NCBI GenBank assembly: GCA_032718475.1
Contig: JAUCBJ010005339.1
Span: 1-40,208 of the forward strand
Direction: 5' to 3'
DNA from: Nemertoderma westbladi
Taxonomy: Eukaryota; Animalia; Xenacoelomorpha
Length of the DNA stretch: 40,208 nucleotides
The notes below the pieces were generated by a model. The model made no database searches, was not told the origin of the DNA, and saw only the letters and a program-made list of their open reading frames with translations. The first letter of the stretch is position 1. Every line of letters begins with the position of its first letter. The translations under genes were made by a program, and so were the position numbers. This document shows positions 24,132 through 35,887 of this stretch, piece by piece.

Positions 24132-24829
24132 TTTGTTCAATAACTGGCTGTATTCGCGTTTTTTACACTATATTTGTAAACGACTACTACCGCTACTTAG
24201 GAAAAAAATGAAGGAATAGGGAAAGGAGCAGGATACAGTGGCACGGTATTCTAACCAAAATAATAAACTAAAGTCAATAGAACAGGCTACAGTTGTATTC
24301 TTGGGAGTAATCAGCTGTTATTTGGGACGAATTTCCCTTATAGAGGGGGATGCATTTTTATTGAGTCGAAAGTCCCCCTCCCTCTATCTGCTATTTTCAC
24401 TATAGAGTGCGGGACGTGTACGTACACACAAAAACCGCTACACCGAATTTAGAAAATATCCCTATGACAGTTTGCTGATGGCTCGCAGTTATGACTCTCC
24501 CCAATCATTTCGGTTAACCGTTTGCGAACCAAAAATAGATTACATGCAATTTTCCTCCCAAGGACCAAGAAAATTAAATTTGAAAAAAAATGATATTTCT
24601 GATTATCCTACACCCCCAAAGCGCGGCACACCGTTTAAAACATTTTTCTACATTTTTAAGTATTTCACCTTTGAAACTCAACCGCCATTTGTAATATAAT
24701 AATAATTTGCTAAATTAAAATGTACTTTCATGCGATTTAATAAATAAATAATGTATAGTCTGTAAGTGTGACAAGTTGAGTTGAATTTGGTCCGCGTCTA
24801 CTAACGCATGAAACCATCTTACTACCAAA

Positions 24830-24885
24830 AAAATTCACCGGAAAGGGGATTGAACTCGGTACCTACTGTAGAGATTCCCAGTCCA
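24830..24885 (-). other. Possible tRNA-derived SINE head or tRNA-like remnant
   Basis: Minus strand GGACTGGGAATCT...CCGAGTTCAATCCCC contains a B-box-like GTTCAATCC followed by a T-run; no complete cloverleaf is visible. Confidence 0.25.
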
Positions 24886-24989
24886 AAACAACAATGAAAA
24901 CATACAAAAAATTTAAAGTACCCTCCAACCAATAGGAAAAACCCTTCTTCAACAATAAAATAACTTTTCTAGAGCAGTTTTTCCTGCCT

Positions 24990-26925
24990 GGGGGTCATTG
25001 AGGTTACTTGTAAAAGAGAAGATCTTACGATAGTCTACAAAGTAAAAATCGAACAACCGAAAATATCAACAAGGTTGAGAAAGCTAAGGAAGATCTTAAA
25101 TTGGCCTACAACATCAGCCAGGAAAAGTACATACAGGATAAAATTGAAGCAATTACAACTGCTCACAAACAGCAACAATGAAAACTTACCTGGCAAACTG
25201 TAAATGAGGTATCTGGTCGGAAAAGTTGTGCAAAGGGGCGCCTCATAGACGATAGTCCTGAAGAACGTGTTGGGAAATGGAAAGATCACTTCAACAACTT
25301 GCTTAGGCAGCCACCAAACATCGAGGTCAGCCCTACAAGGAAAATATATGACAAGATACTACCTATAGAAACAGGGGACTTCAAACCCGCCGAACTCCAA
25401 AGAAGCATTAAAAGCATGTCCAATCATAAAGCGAGTGGATTAGATGAAATCCCTGTGTAAAAGCTTTTGCGGACATATCAAGTCATTTTTACGCAATGCG
25501 CAGAATACTCTAAAATAGCCCTAAATTTATCCAACTACGCGACGGGAAGGAATTAGAACCAAGATGACGAAAAAGGGTCAGCTGATTCTTTGTGGACGTG
25601 GAGGTTCTTTGTTCTGTCTTATTCAGCCAATCAGAGCAATTTTCACTTTATGTCTAACAGAAACCTATGGAAACTCGCGCAATGCATTACGGTCTTTGTT
25701 TACTATTTTCTGAGCATCAGAACCAACTCAGAATTTTCTGTGCTTCTGTGTGGAAGTTTCAGACTTTGGCCTAGGAACATCAGATGGCCTTGATTATAAG
25801 AACGTAAATCTATTAACTTGATTTCTCATTTGCACATTTTATAACTGCATAAGTAACACATACTGACTGTTCACCGCATTATTTTACTTCTGTTTACGGT
25901 CTTTTATTAATTGTTGTTATATTAATGGATATTGCTGTTATATTTGGAGAATACCGATAAATAATCATAAACTTTCAAGCTCACGTGACGTAGCTTATGA
26001 CGTAGTCAATCTTCTTGATTACTGAGGTAAGAGGAATAGAGTTTACCGGTAGCAACTGCGACTTAAATTATAGTGGTTTTGTGTGAATTAAATGCTATTT
26101 CATAATCCCTACGTGTGTCAGTTGCGATCCTCCTTATATATGATCAAATTCAGTGACGGTCGGCATATTAGTGCGAACTAGTGTAAAGTAGTGTGAAGTA
26201 GTGTGAAGTCGTGTGAAGTAGTGTGAAGGTTAATAAAGCATCTCCTAAAGAATGCGCTATTTACGAAACTCTGTGGCCATCTAGTTGTGATTAGTATAAG
26301 TCATAACTCTGTTTTTATACTTAAAGCGCCACGTCCTAAAGGAACTGTTAATATTATATAGTAACGATCAATCGAATAATACAGTAGGTATACACTGTAC
26401 AATAACTCTCACTCTCAAGGAATCCGAATCCAGTCTCCCACACCGTGGGTCATACGCCGCGCACGGACTGGCTTCGGCTGATGTAACTTCAGTACACTAG
26501 GTAATTGATAAAGGCTAAAGTCGATTTATAAACAAGATGACAGAGAGGACAAAGAGCACTAAAAGCGCGAACACCCTGCAGGAGTATGGAAAACAGGAGT
26601 GCTAAACAGACCATTATTGGATATTAGATGTATGGATGTTGAAATGGGAAAAGCCAAGACCAATTTGGAATAAAGGTCAACTAAAGCCTCTCACTAAGAA
26701 AGGAGACCTCGGTGTACCAACAAACTATCATGGGATCTGTCTGCTTGTGGTAGCTGCAAAAATATACAACAAAATGATTCTATATAGAATTAGACCTCAC
26801 ATAGAGAAACTGCTGCGTAAGAGCCAAAACGGATTTCGACCAAATAGATCAACAATAGCTCAGATACTTGCGCAACGGAGACTGATTGAGGGAATTAAGT
26901 CAAAGAATCTCCCCGCTGTCTTCCA
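24990..26925 (+). pseudogene. RTE-like LINE fragment (linker plus RT N-terminus) interrupted by an insertion at 25456-26573
   Basis: WQTVNEVSGRK...WKDHFNNLL...KASGLDEIP continues after the insertion as AGVWKTG, then KKGDLGVPTNYHGICLL...SQNGFRPNRST; contains stops. Confidence 0.85.
25456..26573. mobile_element. Solo LTR (BEL/Pao- or Copia-type) or another TG...CA element, 1118 bp
   Basis: Starts TGT and ends ACA. Exact 5-bp TSD CCCTG (25451-25455 and 26574-26578). Removing it rejoins the LINE reading frame. Internal GTAGTGTGAA repeats at ~26178-26228; no coding ORF. Confidence 0.8.
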
Positions 26926-27661
26926 AGTCAGCTGACGTAGTTTATTAATCAGTTTGGTTGTTCTCGAGACTCGTCTGAGGGAGAGTAACATTGACAGAAC
27001 GAAAACACCAGATAGCAGATGAGGAAGTCTACAAAAAACTGTTTGTAAAAAAACTTTTATACAAAACCTGTATGCAGAAAAAAATACTTGTACTAAAAAA
27101 CTGTTTTATACAAAAACTGTTTGTAGAAAAAACTATTTGTACAAAAAAAAACGTTCAGATAATGTCGTTTAAGGCTATGCAAACCTTTTATAAAGGAATC
27201 ACATGGACTATCTATACAATATGAATTATACATACAATCACTGGCGGCGTCAAAGACAGCAATTATTATAACACATACAGTACTGTAATAGTACTGATTT
27301 AGCAACTGCGGCACACTTTGGTAGCCTCCATTTTATTTCAATTATCGTTTCAGATTATGAACTGAGCTTGTAATATGATAGTAATTACTATAGGAGCACT
27401 GTATAGCTTCGATGTGAGGTCTGTATTGAATTTCTCCCCATCCTGACTTTGGGAAGGATTACAATGCGAAGTGCGGAAGGGTTAAGTGTAAAAAAAAATA
27501 CTAAAATAACTAATATTATTACAGTAAATGCCACAATGGAATACTACTGTAGATAGCAAAATATGTACGTGTAGTATTAAACAATACAAAAAGGAATGAA
27601 CAATTCAATAAATATATCCGTTGCCATGGAAACGAGCACAATCACCCCGATTTTTTATTAA

Positions 27662-27715
27662 AAAATTAGTCCCGTAAATCGACTTTGAAAAATTAGTCCC
27701 GTAAATCGACTTTGA
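27662..27715 (+). repeat. 27-bp tandem duplication
   Basis: AAAATTAGTCCCGTAAATCGACTTTGA occurs twice. Confidence 0.85.
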
Positions 27716-27799
27716 GTGTTCCGTTGTGAGCTTAAAATCCGGGGATATTTTCTCAACATGACTGCACATTACATACTTACATACATCTGATGACACGAA

Positions 27800-28945
27800 C
27801 AACCCCCCCCCCCCCCCCCCCCACCAACATTTTTTACAAATCTTTATCATATTGGTTGAAATTTGAAACACAACTAGTTCAACTCACTGTGGTTGTTACT
27901 ATGAAACCGGAATTTTCGATTTGCCTTTAAATTTTTATATAAGTTGTTTGTGAAACCGCACTCTTTGAATCGCGGCCATTTTTCAAATAAGTCGTAATTT
28001 ATATTATTGGAAAGCGAAATTTGGTTGCGAAATTCCAAATATTTAACACAAAATTTCGTGGAGAAACAGCTGAGATATAGGCGCTAAAATATGCAAGAAT
28101 TATCGTTCGCTAGGGGGTAATTATTCCATTTAAATAAATAACATTCTAGAAAGTATTATTTATCTCATGAGTAGGTGTGCAGTGCTGTAAGAAGAGTATG
28201 CCCAAGGTGTCCTCAACTATAAACTCCTAAACTGGGTATGCCTATAGGCCAACACCATGTTTTAGAATTTAGTGTTACTGAGTTAGGGGCATTTGAATGT
28301 TGCAGGTATAAGCTGCTGCTTCCAGTACATGCCATTTATTATTTATATACTACAGTACTGTAATACTATAGTACAGTACTGTGGTTATAATACTGTATTG
28401 GGCACATCACTTCTATAATAACCGGGATTGTTATTTGCATTATCAGTATACTGTAGTTTGTATGAGTACAGTTTGAAATTAATGCGCGGTTTCTCAAGCC
28501 TGGGTAGCACCAATTATAGAGTTGTCAAACGGAGTAGCAGCTTGTGGGTAGGGGGGCCTATGCATTGCCTGTGTGAGATACATACCTGAGAGTTTGGAAT
28601 CATCACAAAATTTACATCTTAGTATTTTGATAATATCTCCGGAAGTTCTTGGTTGAATTTACAACGGGTTTCAGATTCGGAATCTGCAGATGAAGGTGGA
28701 TCTAATGATATCTCGATTTCATTACAAAGACGTAAAATAAAGTCTACGGAGGTGGTTAAACACTGCTAAATAGACATTTTTTAAGGGCTTGTTGTACTGT
28801 ATGGAAATAACTCAGAAATTGAAAAATCCGGCCAGGTCACCAGTAAGATAAGGTGTCGATCTATCATCATATACCAAATTTTGTAGCATTTTATTGAAAT
28901 TTGAAAAAAATTAGGGGGGGGGGGGGGGGGGGGGGCTCCGACCCC
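27800..28945. mobile_element. Old MITE-like element with degraded inverted ends (poly-C / poly-G); related piece at 37222-37335
   Basis: Poly-C then TTTTTTACAAAT...GAAATTTGAAAC at the left; TTGAAATTTGAAAAAAATTA then poly-G at the right. A similar poly-C-led sequence recurs at 37222. Boundaries uncertain. Confidence 0.4.
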
Positions 28946-29151
28946 CTAAAAATGGTTGTTGTACTGTATTAAGGGTTATGGTGTATATCACACCTTGTGA
29001 TATACAGTTAGCTATATTCAAAAATTATTTGAAACTTGTAGTACTAATTAATTGTGTTTTTTTAATTACAAAAAGATATATGTACTAGCTAGATTTTGCT
29101 ATTTTTAATATTTTGTGTAGGCCCTACAAAAGAAACAAACCCAAACATTCT

Positions 29152-29337
29152 AGGCCACGTTCACACTACCGAGTTGAAGTCAAAGTCAAAAGACAAATTG
29201 TAAAACACAATTTAATTTTTTATAGAAAGCCCTTATCTGCTTATGTAATATATTATATAATGTACTGTATTATTATTTATTATTTCTAGCTACATTTAAT
29301 TTCATTTGACTTTGACTCGGTAGTGTGAACGCAGCCT
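29152..29337. mobile_element. Harbinger-like MITE (~186 bp)
   Basis: TIR AGGCCACGTTCACACTACCGAG versus reverse complement AGGCTGCGTTCACACTACCGAG, extended by GTCAAAGTCAAA. Confidence 0.75.
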
Positions 29338-29611
29338 TCCCGTAGGTGGTGTATAATTAATCGTTCCCATGTGTTTAACATATAATCAAGATATTTTCCA
29401 AAATATGTTCTGGAATAAAAAATATTTGCAACTGAGGGATCATTTTTTCAAAATAAATAGCTAGCATATTCTAGAACGATTTCTATACAAAAAGCTAAAA
29501 GTACTAGCCATAATAAAATATTGGAGAGGAAAGTACTAAATTGTGGAGTGGGGTTCGCTTTACCTTATTATGCAGGACGGCCCTCTTCGTGTTCAATAAG
29601 TTCGAACACAT

Positions 29612-29790
29612 GTGATAAACAGAATATAACCTGTCCTAGGAGTGATATACGATATGTCAACCTTCAGCAAATAAACTTTGTGTAACAACCTCGGGCTTCG
29701 GCCTCGGTAGTTATACAAGTTTATTTGCTTCAGGTTGATATATCGTACAGTATATCACTCCTAGAACAGGTGATATTCTCTGTATATCAC
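29612..29790. repeat. ~175-bp palindromic (hairpin) element, copy 1
   Basis: Arms CCTGTCCTAGGAGTGATATACG...AAATAAAC and GTTTATTT...TATATCACTCCTAGAACAGG around a CTCGGGCTTCGGCCTCG centre. Confidence 0.85.
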
Positions 29791-29939
29791 CCAGCTAAAG
29801 CCAAAATACCCAATGTAACTATATTAACAATCTTAATACAAAATTCTAGAACTTAAATAACTGTATATCAACCAGCTAAAGCCAAAATACCCAATGTAAC
29901 TACTATATTAACACTCCTAATACAAAATTCTAGAACTTA
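29781..29939 (+). repeat. ~81-bp tandem duplication
   Basis: TGTATATCA(C/A)CCAGCTAAAGCCAAAATACCCAATGTAAC...TTCTAGAACTTA occurs twice. Confidence 0.85.
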
Positions 29940-30506
29940 CACATTTATTGTTGTGTTTTAGACATTATTTTTTGCACAGTCTTCCCAAAGTTGAAAGAAT
30001 TTATATCCATTCCCAACTGATTTAAAATCACTTTTGTAGCTAATAGGAATATAACAGTTGCCAACCAGGAACTAATATTGAAGTCCGCACTATAGGCCTA
30101 CAGTACTGTAGTATTGCCTGTGTGACCGTTTATTGAAAATTTTGCATCATCTTTTTGGTTAGAGTTCCATACAGCACTACATTTATAAATCATATATCAT
30201 TGATAAAATGGCAACATTGAGGAGTTGCAGAACAATATAAAAGTATTATATACTATTCTAGAACATAAATACAATAAAAAATTTAATGTTCTAGAAGATA
30301 GAGCTAGTTTTATTTATTTTATCATTGCTAGTAAATTAAAATAAATATTTTTAAGTAAATTTCTTAATACTTTTAAATTAATATTGATTAGAGTTTTTAT
30401 GGGTTTATAATCTTTTTTTCTTTTTATGTTTTTTTAAGTTTTGAGTTTTTTTGTTAAAATTTTTATTTTGAGTTTTATCACAAAAAATGCTCACACACTG
30501 GTTGTA

Positions 30507-33500
30507 TTTTATTATTATTATTATTAGTCAACACTCCTTTATTACATCATATTATAACTATTTGTTGCACGTGAAGTAAGATAAAACATAATTAGTGGAG
30601 GGAGAAAAACCACCCAGGCGTATCAGCGCTTACGGTGGTTAATAAAAAACAAAATTTAAAATCACTAAACATTAAAATTTACATCAGCTTAAAAAAAAAA
30701 ATTTAAAAAGAAATACGAATAAAATTAACTGTACATACCGTAGAACCCAGAAACGTTTATTACGAGCGACCGATTAGTGGTCGATTAAATTTGCAAATTG
30801 GTAGGAAATCGTGGTTCTTGAGCTTGGTCGCAAAACTGACAAGTGTTCTGGAATCTACTATATCTTCTGGCAAATCATTCCAGACTGGCACAACACGGCT
30901 GGTAAATGAGTTTTTAGATATAATTAATCTACATCTAGGTACATTTAACTTGTGAGAGTGGCCACGCAGACCCGGACGGTTAGTATAGCTAAATAGCGCA
31001 CCAAAATCTAAATCAACTAAATTTCTCTCTATACTGAAAAGTAACTTTAGATCAAAAATATATCGTCGGACTTCCAGCGGTTGTAAATTAAGGTGTTGTA
31101 TTCTATGTATGTACGGTTTGTAACTAATATTGCAACGGCTATACAATCTACGTGTAAAATATCGCTGGACACTCTCCACAAGATCAATACTGCCTAATGA
31201 AAAAGGCGACCATACTGGTGTACAGTATTCTAGAATCGGTCTAACGTATGATTTATAGGCTGTTAATATTGCACCTTTATTGCTAGTCTTAAAGCAACGA
31301 AATATCATATTAGTTATGTTAAAAGCCTTTGTACACTGTTGTTTACAGTATTTATCAAACTTCAAATCCGCAGATATAATAATACCTAAATCTTTACATT
31401 TCGTCACCTTCTTTATCACTTTATTGCCTAGCACATAATTGTAATTATTATTATTTGCACCTATATGTAGAACCATACATTTATCCGGGGCTATATTTAG
31501 CTGCCAAAGGTTGGCCCAGGTCTCTAACCTAGAGAGGCTAGCGTTCAGACTATGACTTTCATTGGACGGACCATATAGCTTGACATCATCGGCAAATAAA
31601 CGGCAGGACACGTTATCCCTGTCCAAAAGCGGTGGTAAGTCGTTTATGTATATCAGGAACAAAACCGGTCCGCGGACACTGCCCTGTATTGTTCCGGATA
31701 CGACCCGACAGTAGTCGGAATATTTATCTCCAACAACTATTCTTTGGGTTCTGTTACTGAGAAATGCCGATAGCCAAGATAATAGGTCGCCCGAAATCCC
31801 ATAACTAGACAATTTAATCAATAGCTTTGAATGTATAATAGAATCAAAAGCCTTGGCATAGTCTATGTATATCACATCAAAGGATTTCTTACGGTCTAGA
31901 AAATTACACCAATCTTTTACACATTCAATAAGTTGAGAACAAGTAGAGCGTTTTTTTAAAAAGCCGTGTTGTGCCTTACATATTAAACCATGTTTAAACA
32001 AATAATTTACTACAGTACAGGCCACCAGAAAACGCAGATTTGTACAATTGTGAACACATTTTATCAAATGTGTACCAGTGTAATGTAATGTTGGTGAACG
32101 GGACAATTGAACATAATTGAACATAATTGAAATGGCAACAACCAAAATTTTTTCGCCAAAGGATACAATTGAATACTTTTGAAACGCTTAGTAATCTGGA
32201 AACTCTCTGTAGTTTGCCGCAAACTGTCACTCACTGCAGCTGGAAATGCGATAAGGATTTTGTTTACCTTTATAGTGTGCGGTTAATAGTGTCTACTGTA
32301 GTAGGCAGGCCTATAGTTAGTGATGTTAAGGCATCTTCTGGTGTTTCTCTGTGCCCTCTCGGTGTCAGACTAATGGCGCGACATCTCCCTGCACTAAATT
32401 AATTATTCAATGGTATAGGCTCCTCCATCCATCCACTCCCATACACTCAATGAACCTCCATGTGGTCTTGTATGTAGTTCTCTCTCTACCAATACAGCCC
32501 ATGTCCGCAATGTTACGCCCTGGGGGCTCTCTCATCTACCTGATATCAGACATACAGACGCACCGCACACAAAGCCTTTGTCGGTCCCGGCAAGTTAGCC
32601 TCTCCTGCTGTGTGATCTAGAAGATAACTCGCCATAACCTGCCAATCAGATGACTTGAACAAATGTGTTCACATGTGATCACATTGGATGAAATCTGCTT
32701 TTTCTGGTGGCCTGTACTGTATTTCAATCTTTATACACGATTCCATTAATTTGCACGCTACACATGTTAATGAGACTGGCCTGTAATTGTACGGGTCTGA
32801 CGGATTTCCCTTTTTGTATAGCGGAATGACATTGGCTGTAAGCCATATCGTCGGTAACGCGTGATATTCAAAAGAAATTTTGAAAAGTGCCGATAATGGT
32901 GCCGCAATGCAGCGAGACAAATTTGCGAAGAGAATGTTCGGTAATCCGTCAGGTGTACGGCTGGTCTTTTTTTTAAGTTTCCTAAGCATAGCATACATAT
33001 ACTGTAACGGGACAGAAATCAACTTTTGATAAATTGGTTCTAGAATCAATCCTACGTTTAAAACTAGGTATATTATCATTATATAAATTAAAATTTTCGC
33101 TTAATACTTCAGCGAAAATACGGGCTTTTATCAAATCATCTACCACTATATCCCCCTTATGTTTCAGAGGGGCAATTCTCGACTTTCCTTTACGCTTGGA
33201 ATTAACGTAATTGAAAAGGGTACTCTTATTATCGGAAGATAAAATTTTATTCTCCTTTATGCAAGCCGCACGGAAGATTTCCTTAGAAACTTCTTTAGCA
33301 CATTGATCATATGCTATTTTGCCCCCGGTTGTGTGCCGGCGACGCCACAGCTGTTTCTTTTTGCGCTGTAAAACACGAATATGTTCGGGGTGGGGTTTGA
33401 TGATTGATTTAAATTGTTTAAAAGGCACAAACTGATCAATACCCGTTTTTAGTTTACAAGAAAAAGCATTCCAAAAATCATCTACTGTATTACACGTTAG

Positions 33501-34440
33501 ATATAAATTAGACCAATCGCAACTGTCGATGTAGTTAGTAAAATCTGCGTAATCAGCATGTTTAAAATCGTAAAATCCGTGGCATTCCCGGTTCTCGGTG
33601 GAAACTGGATTAGGTCCTAAAAGATTAAAAGTAACTGTACTATGGTCGCTAGTTGCGAATGGTACCGTAACTGCAATGTTAGAAATATAGAATTGATCTG
33701 TGGTAAACACTAAATCTAACACGTTATTGCCACGTGTAGGGCTGAACTGGAGCTGAGATAAACCAGCTTCCAAAACAAACGTTGAAAACACCTTATATAT
33801 ATCTGTGTCGGGAAATTCAGATTCTTCCCATTTAACTAAAGGTAAATTAAAATCGCCAATAATAGTACACGGCGTTTCAATGTCGCATAATTTCGCTAAC
33901 AAATTGCACAATATAGAATCAGAAGGTAAGTTAGGTCGGGGACGATAGACACTGATTATACGAGACGGGTTTTTACCTAAAAGATCAACAGCCACTACAT
34001 CGGCCTCTGTAGCCAGACATTCAGTATCGAAACTTTCCACTTTGCGACATTTAATGCTGTTTCGAATTAGCAGCGCTGCACTGCCACCAATTTTACCAAT
34101 TCTGTCATTTCTAAAAACATCATATTTATTTGCACCGTTTATCATTTGGTCCATCACAGAATCACGTAGCCATGATTCTGTCACTCCTACTATATCATAA
34201 TTTGGTGGACATAGCAGCGATTCTAGATCGCTCAGTTTGTTACAAACTGAACGCGCATTTATCAAGCAGCAGTTAAGTAGCGCCTTAGGGGCAGATTGAT
34301 TATTTCGCTTGTGGTAGCGATTACCAGATTTGGGTTGTTCATTTCGCCGTGAGTCGGATTTGGTTGCGTTCGACTGTTTGCGCTGATAAATCTGGCGCGT
34401 TTCTCCCCTTACTCGTTTTCCCGCTCCTGTTTCCAAGAGC
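30507..34440 (-). mobile_element. CR1/L2-group LINE retrotransposon, near-complete ORF2 (APE endonuclease + RT), 5'-truncated
   Basis: Endonuclease motifs INARSV, GVTESWL, IIGDFNLP, LDLVF, SDH in ORF 32982-34436. RT motifs NYRPVSLTC, QHGF, DYAKAFD, QGSV.GP.LF, LFADD, KDLGI in ORFs 32669-33079 and 30760-32145. (TAA)n tail at ~30508-30526. Broken by a 4-bp frameshift and a MITE. Confidence 0.93.
32013..32719. mobile_element. Tc1/mariner-type MITE (707 bp) inserted in the LINE RT
   Basis: TIR CAGTACAGGCCACCAGAAAA(C/A)GCAGATTT; TA TSD at 32011-32012 and 32720-32721. Excision restores the in-frame sequence CIKIEIVNYLFKH. Confidence 0.92.
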
Positions 34441-34947
34441 GATCACGTCTCCAGTAACCATCGTCCTGCTTTACGAACTACAGTACACAGTACTACAGTA
34501 CAGTACAGTATTATTACTGCAGTGTCCAAATTCGTCATAAGATGAGTTTCAGCAAACCCAATAATAGAGAGAGATTTGCAGATGCTTCTTGTAAAGGTCA
34601 CACACGGCAACGACAGCAACGCACCACTTGCTAAACATCAAAGACAGTCAAAACACGAAAAGAGCAACAATTCCCATAAATTATAATTACTACTGTAGTT
34701 ATCTAGGTCTACAAGTAACAATTGCTTGTTCTGACTTAATATTAAATGAAATTGAACCCGATCGACATTGAAACCGAAATTGATCTCTACAATATTTTTT
34801 AATGTTCGGAAAAACTGGAGAGGGAGGGGGGTTGGGGGGGGGGGGGGAATGCAAGGGTATGTTTGTTTTAGTGGGGTCTACGTTTCCCCAAACGTGAAAG
34901 ATACACAAGTAGCTCACAAAATTTATCAGCGCAATACGCTCGAATAT

Positions 34948-35124
34948 ACATGATAAACAGATTATCGCCTGTCCCAGAAGGTGATATACGGTTATACAAC
35001 CTTCAGCAAATAAATCATGTATAACTACTTCGGCCTGCGGCCTCAGTAGTTATACGATTTATTTGCTTTAGGTTTTTTAACCGTATATCACCTTCTGGGA
35101 CAGGCTATAATCTCTGTATAATGT
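34948..35124. repeat. ~175-bp palindromic (hairpin) element, copy 2
   Basis: CCTGTCCCAGAAGGTGATATACGG ... CCGTATATCACCTTCTGGGACAGG with centre CTTCGGCCTGCGGCCTC; homologous to 29612-29790. Confidence 0.85.
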
Positions 35125-35617
35125 TCATGAGTCACAGTGCCATCATGCCGGCAATACAATTAACATTATCAATTGACCGTTACTACACTAGATGAGATTA
35201 CATGGCGTACTTCCGATAACCAGAAGCAATCCTTATCAGTCATCCATCATAGACCAGCATAGGAATAGACCATAATCTAACCGATTAAATAGTTCAACTA
35301 ATTAATGGTAAACTGATTGACGCCGTACCCAGTACCAGTACCGGTAGGCTACTCAATCTCTGCTTCCATCTGATTGTCTGACAGCCTGGCAGTCTGTGTA
35401 TGACTTATTACCCCTACCGGTACCCTGCTACTTCTACTGAACATCCTGACATCTACTTACTGCAGTACAGCATTTGCGTTACCGATCGGGACCGCAGTCA
35501 GACTGTAATTGACCTAGCTCACCGATTAATTACAAAATATTAGCTCACTACCTGACTACACTCACACTACAGAACTTAATATCATACTGTCATAGGCCTA
35601 TAATAAATTACAGAAAC

Positions 35618-35887
35618 ATGGCAGTTGAAACAGGGGAATGCAAGTGGTTCAACAGCGAGAAGGGCTTTGGATTTATCACACCGGACCAAGGCGGGGACGA
35701 TCTGTTCGTTCACCAGTCTCAGATACACTCACAGGGTTATCGTTCCTTGGGAGAGGGCGAGAAGGTTGAGTTCGTTCGAATTCACGATGACCGTAACGGT
35801 AAAATGAAAGCGACCAATGTCACCGGTCCGAATGGTGGCTATGTCCAAGGAGATTCAGGTCGTGGTGGTGGCGGCGGTAGATGGTAG
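35618..35887 (+). CDS. Cold-shock domain (CSD) nucleic-acid-binding protein with short Gly/Arg tail, 89 aa, no intron in the CDS
   Basis: GECKWFN, RNP1 KGFGFI, RNP2 [23 protein letters not shown]. Kozak-like AAACATGG, GC-richer than its flanks, AATAAA at ~36201. Confidence 0.92.
   Translation: MAVETGECKWFNSEKGFGFITPDQGGDDLFVHQSQIHSQGYRSLGEGEKVEFVRIHDDRNGKMKATNVTGPNGGYVQGDSGRGGGGGRW

Noticed and set aside
23898-24140. Single-exon 80-aa ORF as listed in the track
   Set aside because: It starts at TTG and reads through a good donor site. The spliced model from ATG 24131 gives a coherent 8-Cys product.
23911-24219. 102-aa plus-strand ORF
   Set aside because: Antisense shadow of the peptide exon with a non-ATG start and no recognisable motif.
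21220-26925. One continuous RTE element spanning both fragments
   Set aside because: The domain order is reversed (FADD half upstream of the N-terminal half) and the degree of decay differs, so separate insertions are more likely.
32011-32721. N-terminus of ORF 30760-32145, C-terminus of ORF 32669-33079, and ORFs 32127-32402 and 32351-32620
   Set aside because: These are read-through into, or chance ORFs within, the non-coding MITE.
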